From: a virus
Taxonomy: Duplodnaviria; Caudoviricetes
Strand: one strand, 5' to 3'
Length of the DNA: 55,181 nt
Virus record (IMG/VR): IMGVR_UViG_3300031965_000037
Location: 1-55,181 of that record
Shown here one piece after another: positions 38,887-48,878 of the stretch. The notes beneath the pieces are model-generated. The model saw only the letters and a program-made list of their open reading frames with translations. It was not told the DNA's origin and ran no database searches. The translations under genes and the position numbers were made by a program. Position 1 is the first letter of the stretch; every line of letters begins with the position of its first letter.

Positions 38887-39270
38887 ATGACCGCACTCGA
38901 AGAGTCTGCAACGGTAATCGGCAAGGCGTCGAGGCTGACACTCGGAGCCGTCGCCCTACTGCTTGGCGCGGTCTCGTTGACCGGAGTTCGGATGTACGAC
39001 ATCGCGTCGGATTTCTCCCAGGAGATGACCGAGCGCGTGCTCGAGATCAACGACAGGCAGACGCGCATGGAGGAGCGTCAGATCGCGGCGCAGATTCTGA
39101 ACAGCGAACGGCTGAAGGTGATGTCCGACGACTTCCGCGAACTGTCGAGCGCGCTCAAGGAGGGTCTCGGAAACGGGACGGAGAAACACCGGGAAATCGA
39201 CACGCGCGTCCAGACTCTCGAAAAGTCAGTGGGCGAACTACAGTATCGAGTGACACGACTCGAAAAGTAG
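38887..39270 (+). CDS. Membrane-anchored coiled-coil protein (holin/lysis-like)
   Basis: One TM segment LTLGAVALLLGAVSL, then a coiled coil ending RVTRLEK. Confidence 0.5.
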   Translation: MTALEESATVIGKASRLTLGAVALLLGAVSLTGVRMYDIASDFSQEMTERVLEINDRQTRMEERQIAAQILNSERLKVMSDDFRELSSALKEGLGNGTEKHREIDTRVQTLEKSVGELQYRVTRLEK

Positions 39271-39279
39271 CAACTCGAC

Positions 39280-39513
39280 ATGGTCCAGAAAATCACAAAC
39301 GCTCTGCTTGTGGCGACGTTCGTCGTCGTCTTGTTCACAGCTTCGCAAACCCGAAAGGTCACCGAGTACATGGAAAATGCAGCCCAACACGTTTTGTCCG
39401 GTCAGCAGTTCACCAGCGCTGGTGTGACAACAGAGCGCTTCATCGGGGAGGCGAAAGAGGATTTCCTCGCGCGCCACCGCGAGGTCGTCAAGGCCACGGA
39501 CGGGGAGCGTTGA
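39280..39513 (+). CDS. Small membrane/secreted protein
   Basis: Hydrophobic ALLVATFVVVLF; TS.G...TE..GE...ARH motif. Confidence 0.6.
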   Translation: MVQKITNALLVATFVVVLFTASQTRKVTEYMENAAQHVLSGQQFTSAGVTTERFIGEAKEDFLARHREVVKATDGER

Positions 39514-39514
39514 C

Positions 39515-39670
39515 GTGCACCCCCCGATTACGTCGCAATGGACGTCGGGTGGTGAGCCCTGCGCACTCGTAACCGAGTGGATCGATGGCGAGACCCGTGC
39601 CCAACAGGAGGCGAGGCACGACGAACTCCTGGAGTTCCTCCAGGAGTTCTACCCGCCGGACCCGGAATGA
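39515..39670 (+). CDS. Unlisted 51-aa protein, paralog of the C-terminal part of 39280-39513
   Basis: GGGGAG SD, GTG 39515; (M)HPPITSQWTSGGEPCALVTEWIDGETRAQQEARHDELLEFLQEFYPPDPE*. Confidence 0.65.
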   Translation: MHPPITSQWTSGGEPCALVTEWIDGETRAQQEARHDELLEFLQEFYPPDPE

Positions 39671-39724
39671 AGAATGCTGCTCCGCCAATGCAACCGCAAA
39701 CGATCCCAATGGACTCACTTCACG

Positions 39725-40255
39725 ATGAAGCACACTCTCTTGTTCCTGCTCGCAGCCTTGATGCTCTCGGCATCTGGGTCCTGCCAGATCACTCCGCATG
39801 AGATCTCGCAGAAGGAGGTGGATTGGTACAGCGGAAAAATCGAGCAACTCGAAGTGGCGCGCGATCAAGGCGACCAAGAGGCAGAGGCGCTGATCCTTTC
39901 GGAGATCGAGCCGTTCGAAACCGTGGTGATCGCTCGGAGGGCTGACTACCTGACGAAGCTCGTCGCGGGCGTCTACCCTCCGGCGGCTCCTCTCGTCCCC
40001 TTCCTGCCGTCGCTGCTCGTCTCGTTCGGAATTCCGCTCGTCGGACGTCGTGGCCGTGAGCACTTCATCCGGGGGCTGAAGGCCATCGCGCCAGGCGTGA
40101 TGGGCGCGAACGGCAAGCGCGGTCTCGATTGGCGCCTGGCCGTTGCGTCAGCGCTGCGCTATTTCGGGCCCGCGCACACCGAGGGCGGCAAGCTCGCCGT
40201 GTTCGCGCGGGAGACTGCGCCCTTAGATCCCGCGCATACCGAGGGTACAGTCTGA
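39725..40255 (+). CDS. Putative lipoprotein/membrane protein of the lysis region
   Basis: MKHTLLFLLAALMLSASGSC signal peptide ending in Cys; second hydrophobic segment. Confidence 0.55.
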   Translation: MKHTLLFLLAALMLSASGSCQITPHEISQKEVDWYSGKIEQLEVARDQGDQEAEALILSEIEPFETVVIARRADYLTKLVAGVYPPAAPLVPFLPSLLVSFGIPLVGRRGREHFIRGLKAIAPGVMGANGKRGLDWRLAVASALRYFGPAHTEGGKLAVFARETAPLDPAHTEGTV

Positions 40256-40284
40256 TCTGACGGAGCAGGCCCTGCCGTCAGATC
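40254..40284. terminator. Hairpin between convergent transcription units
   Basis: GATCTGACGG...CCGTCAGATC inverted repeat. Confidence 0.6.
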
Positions 40285-40348
40285 CGGCCCAACGCATCCG
40301 TGGTGAGTGCGTTGGGCCTTCTCATCTCGACTCGAGCGATACTCCGAA

Positions 40349-40657
40349 TCAGTTTCGCGATGCCCGGAGGAACGTCTGGAGATCTTCTTGGATTTGATGG
40401 TAGAGCAGCGCCATCATCTCGACTCCAACCGATTCCACGCCAACGAGTCGGTCGAACTGAGATCTCGTCAGCTCAAGCCGAGTTCGGAACCTGAGCGAAC
40501 GTCTGTTCGCTTCGAGCATCGCGGGGATGTAGCACTCTATGTCGACGTCGATCCGGTCGAGTCCATCTTGCGCTGACGGGATGCGAACGAAGTGGCACTT
40601 GAAGCCGCCTAAACTCATGGCTGGCAAGACGTCCTTGTGGCTGATCCCTTTCTTCAC
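40349..40657 (-). CDS. Hypothetical protein
   Basis: GTGA overlap with the upstream ORF; protein-like sequence VKKGISHKD...FLRASRN. Confidence 0.5.
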   Translation of the reverse strand: MKKGISHKDVLPAMSLGGFKCHFVRIPSAQDGLDRIDVDIECYIPAMLEANRRSLRFRTRLELTRSQFDRLVGVESVGVEMMALLYHQIQEDLQTFLRASRN

Positions 40658-40980
40658 GACATCACCTTCCCCCCGCCTTGGATCGGCGCGACGGCACAGG
40701 ACACGAGGATCTGCATTAAGTCGAGCTTGCTCTCCGGCTTGATCGAGATCATGCCATGAGGGCTGTACTGATACTCCCCGCTCAAGCCCTCTCTTAATTC
40801 GAACAGCGTGAAGCACGAAACGAACACGTCTGGATTGTCGCTCGACTCGATCATGGACTCGCAGATTGATCGAGCCCGAGCGATGGCGCGAGACCGAGAT
40901 TCGACGCCGAAGCAAACTTCGAAGTGCTCCTCCCCGCCCCCCGGTGTCGTCGCGCATCCCTTGAATTTGAAGTACCTCAT
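40654..40980 (-). CDS. Hypothetical protein
   Basis: GGAGG SD before the ATG. Confidence 0.65.
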   Translation of the reverse strand: MRYFKFKGCATTPGGGEEHFEVCFGVESRSRAIARARSICESMIESSDNPDVFVSCFTLFELREGLSGEYQYSPHGMISIKPESKLDLMQILVSCAVAPIQGGGKVMS

Positions 40981-41008
40981 GTGTGCCTCCGAGGCTATTG
41001 GTGATTAA

Positions 41009-42538
41009 TCAGAGGCCCGGCGAGAGAATCGCGAACTCTCGCTGAAGCCGCCGAAGAGCAGGGTAGTCGTCGCACCCGTTCCTGCACGACGAGAAGTTCT
41101 CCTTGCCGTCGACGAGCAGGTTGGATTGCTCGAGCGGATCGACGGTCAGGTCGTACAGCTCGCTTCTGTGAATCGACACGTCGCGCATATCGTAGAAGCG
41201 AATCAGCTTGTGGGTGTCGTTGTTCAACGCCCGGACGAGCACGTTTGAATTCGCGCCGAGGTCGTCATAGATCGAGTTCTCACCTAGTCCGAAGTCGATG
41301 ACACCTTGTCGGTCGAACTCTTCGGAGAGCGAAAAGCTTCGCCCTGTGCTGGCGCTCACGTCGGCGAACGTGGCGGAGAAGTCGTTACTGTCACGTGCGC
41401 CGGAGCGCGAGACGCTTTCGATCGCCGCGATGGTCTCCCAGATGTCGACTGCGTGGACGAGGCCGGTGCAGGTGCCTGTGTCGGTCACAGCGGCGCCCCG
41501 AACAATGAGCGGACACCTGATTCCAGTCTCGTACACGGTGCGCTTCGCGTGCTCGGGCACTTCGGGGGCAACGGTGCTGTTCGAATTCGAGCCGTTGTCG
41601 CCGACGATCCAGACGGTGGTGTCCGTCGCGAGATCGACGGCGCTCGAGGCCAGCAAGCGCGTGATCTCCGAATCCATCGCCTCGACCGCCAGGCGGACAA
41701 ACTCCCAATCGTACTGGGCCGCATTGACTGACGTTGGGATTCCTTGATCGGTCATGATCTGGGAAAACGCATCCCAGGTCGAGATTCCCTGCTGGGCTGC
41801 CAGCGTGATCGAATCGAGCAGCGCGAGACGACGGACTTGCGATGCAGCCGAGAGCAATGCCGATGGCGGAAAGTGCAGCGGAGTGTGCGGCGCATTGAAC
41901 GCGACGACGCAGACGAAGTCGCCGACCTGCGCTTCCATCCAGGTGATCGCGTCGTCAACGGTCACTGTCGTCGCGTAGTTCGCCGCCGTTTCCCCACCGA
42001 GCGTCTCGCCGGGAGTGCCGACGTCGACTCCATGGGGGAACGGAATCGCGTTCGGCGAGAGCTTCGTCCAGTTGAAGTAGGTCTGCGGACTCCCGAGCAG
42101 CGTGTTTGTCGAGAGGTTCGCGAACGGGCCGAGGTATTCGTCGAATCCCATCGTCCCAGCCGGCGATCCACCTGGCTTGAGCGGAGCGGTCAGCGCTCCG
42201 TTCTGACTCGACCCCATGTGCATCTTGCCGAAAAGCCCCGTTGTGTGCGTCCCGTCGAAGTCTAGCGGAGCCCAGGCTTCGCTGCCGTCGGGGAGTAGCT
42301 GCGCAGCCGTGATGTTTTCGAAGATCCCGGTGCGATGCGGGTACTGACCGGTAAGCATCGCGGTTCGCGTCGGCGAGCAAGCGGGCTCTGTTCGAAATTG
42401 CGGGTAGGCCACTCCTGCCACGGCGATCGAATCCATGACCGGGGTTAGAGGCGGGTTCGGAGTCCCGATCAATGCGGCGAAGTGACCGACGCCGGAGAGA
42501 CCCACGTCGTCGAGGATTGCGATGATATGCTTTGCCAT
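41009..42538 (-). CDS. Sulfatase (formylglycine-dependent S1 family, Cys-type)
   Basis: ILDDVG metal ligands, CSPTRTAMLTG signature, GKMH, NAPH, GDNG, K..VYETGIRCPL, ELYDLTVDPLEQ.NL. Confidence 0.92.
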   Translation of the reverse strand: MAKHIIAILDDVGLSGVGHFAALIGTPNPPLTPVMDSIAVAGVAYPQFRTEPACSPTRTAMLTGQYPHRTGIFENITAAQLLPDGSEAWAPLDFDGTHTTGLFGKMHMGSSQNGALTAPLKPGGSPAGTMGFDEYLGPFANLSTNTLLGSPQTYFNWTKLSPNAIPFPHGVDVGTPGETLGGETAANYATTVTVDDAITWMEAQVGDFVCVVAFNAPHTPLHFPPSALLSAASQVRRLALLDSITLAAQQGISTWDAFSQIMTDQGIPTSVNAAQYDWEFVRLAVEAMDSEITRLLASSAVDLATDTTVWIVGDNGSNSNSTVAPEVPEHAKRTVYETGIRCPLIVRGAAVTDTGTCTGLVHAVDIWETIAAIESVSRSGARDSNDFSATFADVSASTGRSFSLSEEFDRQGVIDFGLGENSIYDDLGANSNVLVRALNNDTHKLIRFYDMRDVSIHRSELYDLTVDPLEQSNLLVDGKENFSSCRNGCDDYPALRRLQREFAILSPGL

Positions 42539-42541
42539 GAT

Positions 42542-45500
42542 TTAGTCGCGCTCCCAAGGCGCGGCGAAGTATTGAGTCTGCGGTTTCGGTGGAATGAAAT
42601 TCTGACGGGTGAACGAGTAGCGCTTGTGACCTTTGTTCGTGACCTCGACGTCTACCAGGTATCCGGCGGATCGAATGAAGTCTAGCCCGTCTTCGAGGCG
42701 TTTGCTCAGTTGTCCGGCCTTCAGGTCGACCGCGATCTGTCGAGGGCCATTCATCTCCTTCCCTGCGGAACGAGCGAGGCGCGCTAGCTTGTTGGCTTTG
42801 ATCGGCCCCAAGTACGCATCGCCCTGCGATGTGTCCAAATTGAAGAGTCCACCAAACGCGGTCATCTCGGTGGATCCGCTGCCAGTAGGTTCGGCGGTGA
42901 GGAAACCGAAATCGAAGACGTACCTCAGGACCGTGACGGACAGCTCCTCGTCGAGTAGCGATTCGAGCGCTCCGTGCGCCGCGTGAGTGAAGGCTGCGTG
43001 CCACTTGTCCGCGAGCGCATCGAGGGCGAACGCCTGCCCGCGTTCATCGAGTCCGGCGACCCAGGCGAAGTACATCATGCGTAGGTACGCGGAGAGCCTG
43101 CCGATGCGCGTGCTCCCAAAGACGATCTCGATCTCCTTGCCGATGCGCTCGCCGTGATCGCGATCGAGGTCGAGGGCCACAGCGCATCGTCGAACAGCGT
43201 CGCTCCAAAACAGATCTCGGATCTCGGTTACGGCCCGTTTGAGGTCGGCGTCGCTCGACGGCGAAGAAGGAGAGCGAAGTGACTCAGTCGAGGTCAGCGT
43301 AATCATGCGGCTCGCAACTTCGCTTTTCCCGTCGTGGATTGGCTCGACACCGTTCATCAGCAGCGCGCCGCTGATTCGCTCAATGACCGTGCCGGTGTCG
43401 CTGTTGCCCTTGCGCTTTTCCCGAGCTCCGAGGTGGGTCGCCTGTAGCAACGTGCCGAGGAGTGCGGGAGTCACGTCCTTGGCCTCCCGGTTGTCGTCGA
43501 TCGTCAGCATCTCGCAGGCAAGCCGAGAGATCATCGCCGCTGCCGTTGGCACGCTCGAGATCTTGCGACCGTTGACGAGGTAGGAGGCCGCGTCGACGAT
43601 TCGCGTTTTGCCCGAGCCCGACGCCCCCTCGACGCGCACGATGGGTATCGTCCCGATCTTGCGCAGGATCGGAAGGCAGACGATCCAGTAGACGAGCATC
43701 ATGCGGTCGCCTTCTGACATCGACGTCCACTTGAAGACCTTCATTGCTCGCTCGACGCCGCCGGACTCGTCGCGGTAGTCGAAAGGCAGGAAGTGCTCGC
43801 CGGCGACGGCTGGAACGCGCACTTCTGCCATCCTGGTCTTCTTGACTGATCCCGCGCTGATGCAGAGGATTCGGCCAAAACTGTCGCCTGTCGGGAAGTA
43901 CACCTTATCGCCGTCGACATGAGACCACGAGACGTCGGCAACTCGACGCGCGCCCCTCGAAAGAAAGTAGATCACCGCGGCGATGTAAGATCGATGGCTC
44001 GTCTTTTTTTGCGTCACGCCAGACGCGAGCCAGAGTAACTCGCTGAATTCGGGCGTGTAATTCGCGAGGCCGACTGCGATGCGCACGCTACCTCGAACCA
44101 GGTAGAGGTCCTCTGGAGTCCGAAACGGCGTGTACCCCATCGAGCGCGTAATTGTCTGCGCGACGAAATCACCCAGGTACTCGTCCGATACTTTGCGCTC
44201 GATTGCATCGATGACCGCGATTCTGTTAGGCGCGTACCTCTCATGCTCGTCTTTGACGACCGCGCCCGGAGACGGCGGGACGTGAGGGTGGGGCGGCTGT
44301 TCGGGCGCCGGTGGGACCTGGGAGGCTTGAGACGAGTCGGGCGGGAGAAGCGCCAGGTTCGACGCCGAGCTCTCGGGGGCGGACCGCTGAGCAACTTCGG
44401 CTTCCTGCTTTCGCGTCTCCCTCACAGCCTTGCGCACCTTTGCGACGCGGCTCGCCACGTCGGCCTTGCTGACGTTTTTCCCAGCGGCCTTTGCGATGGC
44501 TCCACTATAGCTGTCGCGGATCATTCGCTCGTCGATGCAAGCCGACAGCTCGATCTCCTCGCCGAAAGCATCGAGGCGCTCAACCGGCGACGCCTCGTGA
44601 TCGATTCGCTTGGCTGTCTCCTCGATGCGCGAGATCACCACGTCGATAGCTGCACGTTTCAGCTTCTGAAATTCGGTAGCCGCCCTCGCGCCCATGAGCG
44701 CGTACCACTCCGCTGCATCAATCTTCGACGCGATCACTTGCGAGACAATCCACTCTCGCTTTCCATCTGAGACATCGAGCGCCTCGATGATCTCCCGTCG
44801 GCGCTTGGGGTCAGACTGTTCGAGCTCGGCGAACAGCTCCGGCCCCAGCGCTTCGAGCACGTCATCTCTCGCCGCTTGCTGCTTCGGGGGTAACGGGAGG
44901 GTCAGGATCTTGCTCACGAGTCCCGCCCGAACGAGCTTGAGCGCGAGTCGGCGCGCGCCCCACGTGCCGCTGCCGCTGAGTTCGTTGTCGAAGAGGATCC
45001 AAACACGACCGATCCGATTCGCCTTGCACTTCGCGACGAACCTCTTCAAGTCCGTCGCGTTGAAGGAGACGGTGATCGGAGACACCACAGTCTCGCCGAT
45101 CGAAGAGATGGCGATCGTGTCAGTCATCCCTTCGAGCACGCCGATCTCCGTCGCGCCATTCATCACTGTCTCGTTGTACAAGTGATTGTTGTGGATCGCG
45201 GGGCTGATCCACGGGCGCTTCTCCGTGTGGACCGAGAGCTTGTGGTACTTCGGCGCGAAGCGACCCTCTTCGGCCCGGGGAGTCCAAGGCGTCGATCGCC
45301 CGATCAAGTAAATGGCGCGGCCGTGCTCGAGGTATGGGAAGGTGATGCGCCCCTCGAATCGCGTGTGCCACTTACCGTCGGGACTGTGCCAGCCGAGACC
45401 GGAAGCCTTGAACGCGGCGCGCATCCCGCTGCCGGTTGCCTCGGTCAGAACGCGAGGAGGAAGTGGGCTCGGCATGTAGCCGATGCCGTAGGCGCGCACA

Positions 45501-46039
45501 GTTTCGAGATCGAATCCCCAGGAGTCCTCGATCCACTTGAGTCGCTCGGGGTCTCGCGCGAGCAGCTCGTGCGCGATCATCGCGAACATGTGGACAGTGT
45601 CGAGCGTCGGACTGCCAGTGATGCGGGACGAGTCGAAGGGGATCGCGAATTGATCGCAGAGCCAGATTAGCGCCTGGGTATGCGCGCTCGATGATCTCTG
45701 TGCAGCCCCGTGCGAAGGTGCGTTGCCACCCGAGAGCGCGTACTCGACGAGTTGAAAGAGATCTCCGCTGATCCCCGAAGACTGACAAGCCTTGCAGTTC
45801 CAACGGCCCGTCTGGACATTGATCTGGAGAGACTCTCTTGACGCGGAGTCATGGCAAAGCGGATCACAGTAGACCTCGGATCCTGAAGTCGATGTGACGG
45901 AGAGGCCGAGCCTGGCGATTAAGTCGGAAGCGTCGAGGTGCGGGCGAAGTAGGTCATAGACGGATTCTCTCGGCGGGTGGTGGCCCATTGTGGTTGGAGA
46001 CTTCCTGGCTATGCGTTGAGCTCGAGTTTCGGATCCCAC
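42542..46039 (-). CDS. DNA primase (Zn finger + TOPRIM) fused to a C-terminal P-loop ATPase/helicase
   Basis: CDPLCHD...WNCKAC, RFEGRITFP, GR..PKY, LEGMTD, FDNE, Walker A GASGSGKT, IDDN; start could be 45989. Confidence 0.85.
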   Translation of the reverse strand: MGSETRAQRIARKSPTTMGHHPPRESVYDLLRPHLDASDLIARLGLSVTSTSGSEVYCDPLCHDSASRESLQINVQTGRWNCKACQSSGISGDLFQLVEYALSGGNAPSHGAAQRSSSAHTQALIWLCDQFAIPFDSSRITGSPTLDTVHMFAMIAHELLARDPERLKWIEDSWGFDLETVRAYGIGYMPSPLPPRVLTEATGSGMRAAFKASGLGWHSPDGKWHTRFEGRITFPYLEHGRAIYLIGRSTPWTPRAEEGRFAPKYHKLSVHTEKRPWISPAIHNNHLYNETVMNGATEIGVLEGMTDTIAISSIGETVVSPITVSFNATDLKRFVAKCKANRIGRVWILFDNELSGSGTWGARRLALKLVRAGLVSKILTLPLPPKQQAARDDVLEALGPELFAELEQSDPKRRREIIEALDVSDGKREWIVSQVIASKIDAAEWYALMGARAATEFQKLKRAAIDVVISRIEETAKRIDHEASPVERLDAFGEEIELSACIDERMIRDSYSGAIAKAAGKNVSKADVASRVAKVRKAVRETRKQEAEVAQRSAPESSASNLALLPPDSSQASQVPPAPEQPPHPHVPPSPGAVVKDEHERYAPNRIAVIDAIERKVSDEYLGDFVAQTITRSMGYTPFRTPEDLYLVRGSVRIAVGLANYTPEFSELLWLASGVTQKKTSHRSYIAAVIYFLSRGARRVADVSWSHVDGDKVYFPTGDSFGRILCISAGSVKKTRMAEVRVPAVAGEHFLPFDYRDESGGVERAMKVFKWTSMSEGDRMMLVYWIVCLPILRKIGTIPIVRVEGASGSGKTRIVDAASYLVNGRKISSVPTAAAMISRLACEMLTIDDNREAKDVTPALLGTLLQATHLGAREKRKGNSDTGTVIERISGALLMNGVEPIHDGKSEVASRMITLTSTESLRSPSSPSSDADLKRAVTEIRDLFWSDAVRRCAVALDLDRDHGERIGKEIEIVFGSTRIGRLSAYLRMMYFAWVAGLDERGQAFALDALADKWHAAFTHAAHGALESLLDEELSVTVLRYVFDFGFLTAEPTGSGSTEMTAFGGLFNLDTSQGDAYLGPIKANKLARLARSAGKEMNGPRQIAVDLKAGQLSKRLEDGLDFIRSAGYLVDVEVTNKGHKRYSFTRQNFIPPKPQTQYFAAPWERD

Positions 46040-48252
46040 CCGTTAACGAGGAATTCCCCGAACGTCCGCCTCCTGGCGCTCTTCTGCTCCCGCGCGAAAT
46101 GCCGAAGACCCGTCTTGTCGCCAACCAAGGTGAGCGATTCCGAAGCACGACTCGCGCCCGTGTACAGGAGGTTGCGGTCGTGCATGTGCCAGTGCGAACT
46201 CGAACCTACAAGCACGACCATGGGCCACTCGCTCCCTTGTGATTTGTGGACCGTCATCGCGTAAGCGACTTCGATGTTCAATCGTTTCGCGGCAGGGATG
46301 GTTACTTCGCGTCCATCTTCCGTCACGATCTCCATCGAGCCACCCTTGTTGATTTTCGCAACGAGTGCTTGGGTGCCGTTGTACAAGTCGAGCTCGTAGT
46401 CATTTCGCGTCCAAATCACTCGGTCACCGGGCAGCGGCTTCGGGGGCTTGCCAGCCTCGGTCTCTGCCGGCGGGGGATTGCCGAGCAAAGACTGTCGGAG
46501 TCTCTGGAGATGCGTGTTCAAAGCCCAGGTCCCGAGCGGACCTTTGCGCTGCGGCGCGAGCACTTGGATGTCCCAGGCGAGATCGAGTGGACGATCGAAT
46601 GGCTGTATTGGCGCAGGAGACGTGACGGCGAACTCGACGAGTTCGCCGATGTACTGAGCGGCTCCCTCTTCGTGGCCCTTTTCCGTCCACTCGATGCCCC
46701 ACGACGGTGATTCCTCGACGACGACAACCCCGTCTAGGATAGCTGAGATGTTCCGCGCGAGAACTCCCGCGTGACGGACAATCTTGCTCAGCACATGGAC
46801 GGACTGGGGGTAGTGCGACTTGGCGGAGAGAACGTCACGGAGGATCGCCCCCGCGCCGACGCTGGGGATTTGGTGATGGTCTCCAATCATGATCAGGCGG
46901 CAACCATCGGGGAGCGCTTGAAGTAGCGAGTGGAACAGTCGGACGTCCACCATCGAGCTTTCATCGAGGATTACAAGCGATGTGTCGAGCGGTTTGTTCG
47001 CGTTGCGCTGGAAATGGAAGGTGCCAGATGTCGGTTCGTACATCGACCCCAGGAGACGGTGGATCGTCGAAGCTTTCGCTTGAGTCGAGTTCGCCAACTT
47101 TTTCGCGGCTCGGCCCGTCGGGGCACACAGCAGCGGCCTGATGCCGTTGCTCTTGGCGAGCTCGACGATCGCCTTGACCATGTAGGTCTTGCCAACGCCT
47201 GCGCCGCCTGAAATCAAGGCAAACTGCCGCGACGAGAACCCGCCGAGCGCGGCAAGCTGACCCTCGTTTAATGAGCTGACGATCTCACGAGCCTTGTCGC
47301 TCTTGATTTCGAGCGGCGCAACGTCGGAATTTTGAAGACCAGCAAGCAGCCGCTTGAACACCTCGGTCTCGATTACGAGCAGGCGCGAGTCAGATACGAT
47401 CTCATCGCCGATCGGCGATCGACTCAAGGTGAGCACCGATCGGTTGACGAGATCGGAGATGGTGTTCGTTACCGCAGATTCGGCGTCGAGCGTGTCAAGT
47501 CTCAGCTCCTCGAGCGCGGACTGAAGGAGCCCGCTCCTGGTCGTCCACGTGTCTCCGTTGCTCGCGATCTGGTCGAGGCAGTAGGCGATACCCGCCTCGA
47601 GGCGCATCGGCGACGTGGACTTGATGCCCAGTTGTTTCGCGACAGTATCGACTGTGCGAAAGCCGAATCGAGGAATCAGCTCGATCAGCATGTAGGGGTC
47701 CGCGCGGACCATGGCCGGTGCGTTTTCGCCGAGCTGCTCGACAATCTTCGTTGCTTGTGCGTTCGTCCAACCCTGATCCGTCAACCTCGCGAGAGCGTCG
47801 AAGAATCCTTTTCGACTGCTCCACATCTCAGATGCGAGTCGAACGATCTCGACTGAAACGCCGGATCGTTCGCTGATCTCGTCGGGGAATTCGACGAGTG
47901 CGCTCGAAGCTTCGCCGTCTGAGCTCAGGACCAGCGCGGCGTCGACGACTTTTCGAGCGCGCGCAACACCGAGGCCCTTGAAGCTCTCGTGGCTGGCGAG
48001 CAAGTGGACAAGCGCGTCTGGGCTTTCGTCCATCTTGACGAGTCCGCTTTCGACGGCGAACTGCGCGCCGAACTTCGGATGATGCGTCCACGATCCGACA
48101 CCCTCGAGGATGTCGCCGATGTTCGCGAAGCACTTGCCGGCAAATCGCACGGTTGCGCCGTGCTCATCCTCCAGGACTCCCGCCATCGCCGGAGACTCGG
48201 GATTGGCAAAAAACACGCGGCGGACCGTCCCGCGAATCGTAACTGATTTCAT
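46009..48252 (-). CDS. recD2: RecD2-like SF1B helicase
   Basis: HPKFGAQF, GFRTVD, GGAGVGKT, APTGRAA, DESSM, GDHHQIPSVGAG, YAMTVHKSQGSE, YTGASRA. Confidence 0.93.
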   Translation of the reverse strand: MKSVTIRGTVRRVFFANPESPAMAGVLEDEHGATVRFAGKCFANIGDILEGVGSWTHHPKFGAQFAVESGLVKMDESPDALVHLLASHESFKGLGVARARKVVDAALVLSSDGEASSALVEFPDEISERSGVSVEIVRLASEMWSSRKGFFDALARLTDQGWTNAQATKIVEQLGENAPAMVRADPYMLIELIPRFGFRTVDTVAKQLGIKSTSPMRLEAGIAYCLDQIASNGDTWTTRSGLLQSALEELRLDTLDAESAVTNTISDLVNRSVLTLSRSPIGDEIVSDSRLLVIETEVFKRLLAGLQNSDVAPLEIKSDKAREIVSSLNEGQLAALGGFSSRQFALISGGAGVGKTYMVKAIVELAKSNGIRPLLCAPTGRAAKKLANSTQAKASTIHRLLGSMYEPTSGTFHFQRNANKPLDTSLVILDESSMVDVRLFHSLLQALPDGCRLIMIGDHHQIPSVGAGAILRDVLSAKSHYPQSVHVLSKIVRHAGVLARNISAILDGVVVVEESPSWGIEWTEKGHEEGAAQYIGELVEFAVTSPAPIQPFDRPLDLAWDIQVLAPQRKGPLGTWALNTHLQRLRQSLLGNPPPAETEAGKPPKPLPGDRVIWTRNDYELDLYNGTQALVAKINKGGSMEIVTEDGREVTIPAAKRLNIEVAYAMTVHKSQGSEWPMVVLVGSSSHWHMHDRNLLYTGASRASESLTLVGDKTGLRHFAREQKSARRRTFGEFLVNGWDPKLELNA

Positions 48253-48354
48253 CCGATTACTTGGCCGCGCGAGCTGGTTTTTGCTGGCCTTGCCAGCGCT
48301 CGACGTCGGTGGCGCCAGGCTAACTTCCGCCCATCGCCGAGCAAACGAGAAAGG

Positions 48355-48786
48355 CTACTGATTTGAGAAAATCTTCGCAGCGGCTCGGAGGAAAGCTCCG
48401 GCAAGAACTTGAGCCTCCGCGCGACTGCCGGCGAGATGCACCGGGACACGTTGGCGGACAGTGATCTCTGCGATGAATCCCAGGACGGCGGCAGGCGGCA
48501 CGCTCGAACGATAGTTGCCATGCATGAGTTCTGTCACTCCGACCTCCACGATCACGCAGCGAAAGTCGTAAGCCCGAAGCAGCTCAAGCTCGCGATAGAA
48601 CCTTGTGCGGGACTTCATCGCTGTTCCCACAAAATCCTCCATGCTCTTCCGCTCGATCGCGATGCGGTGCTCAAGTCCATCGATGGAGTAGTCTCCCGCA
48701 TTGAGCTTCGCGCGGACAAGTTCGACATCCTGCCCCTCGAAAGTCCAAGGGACTTGCTCCCTCGTGTCGACGACGATTCTCATCAC
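48355..48786 (-). CDS. ERCC4/XPF-family nuclease
   Basis: VDTREQ, GDYS, IERKS motifs. Confidence 0.9.
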   Translation of the reverse strand: MMRIVVDTREQVPWTFEGQDVELVRAKLNAGDYSIDGLEHRIAIERKSMEDFVGTAMKSRTRFYRELELLRAYDFRCVIVEVGVTELMHGNYRSSVPPAAVLGFIAEITVRQRVPVHLAGSRAEAQVLAGAFLRAAAKIFSNQ

Positions 48787-48799
48787 GGAGATAATACAG

Positions 48800-48835
48800 A
48801 GTCGCCCACGACAGAGCTAACTGCCGTGGGCGACT
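48800..48835 (-). terminator. Intergenic hairpin
   Basis: AGTCGCCCACG...CGTGGGCGACT, 11-bp perfect arms. Confidence 0.55.
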
Positions 48836-48878
48836 GTCGCGTCACCACGCTGCCACACCCTTCTGACCCCGCTCGAGG

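Noticed and set aside
39623-39649. Perfect 12-bp inverted repeat GAACTCCTGGAG-TTC-CTCCAGGAGTTC as a terminator
   Set aside because: It lies inside the small ORF (ELLEFLQEF), has no U-tract, and can arise from Glu/Leu/Phe codon complementarity
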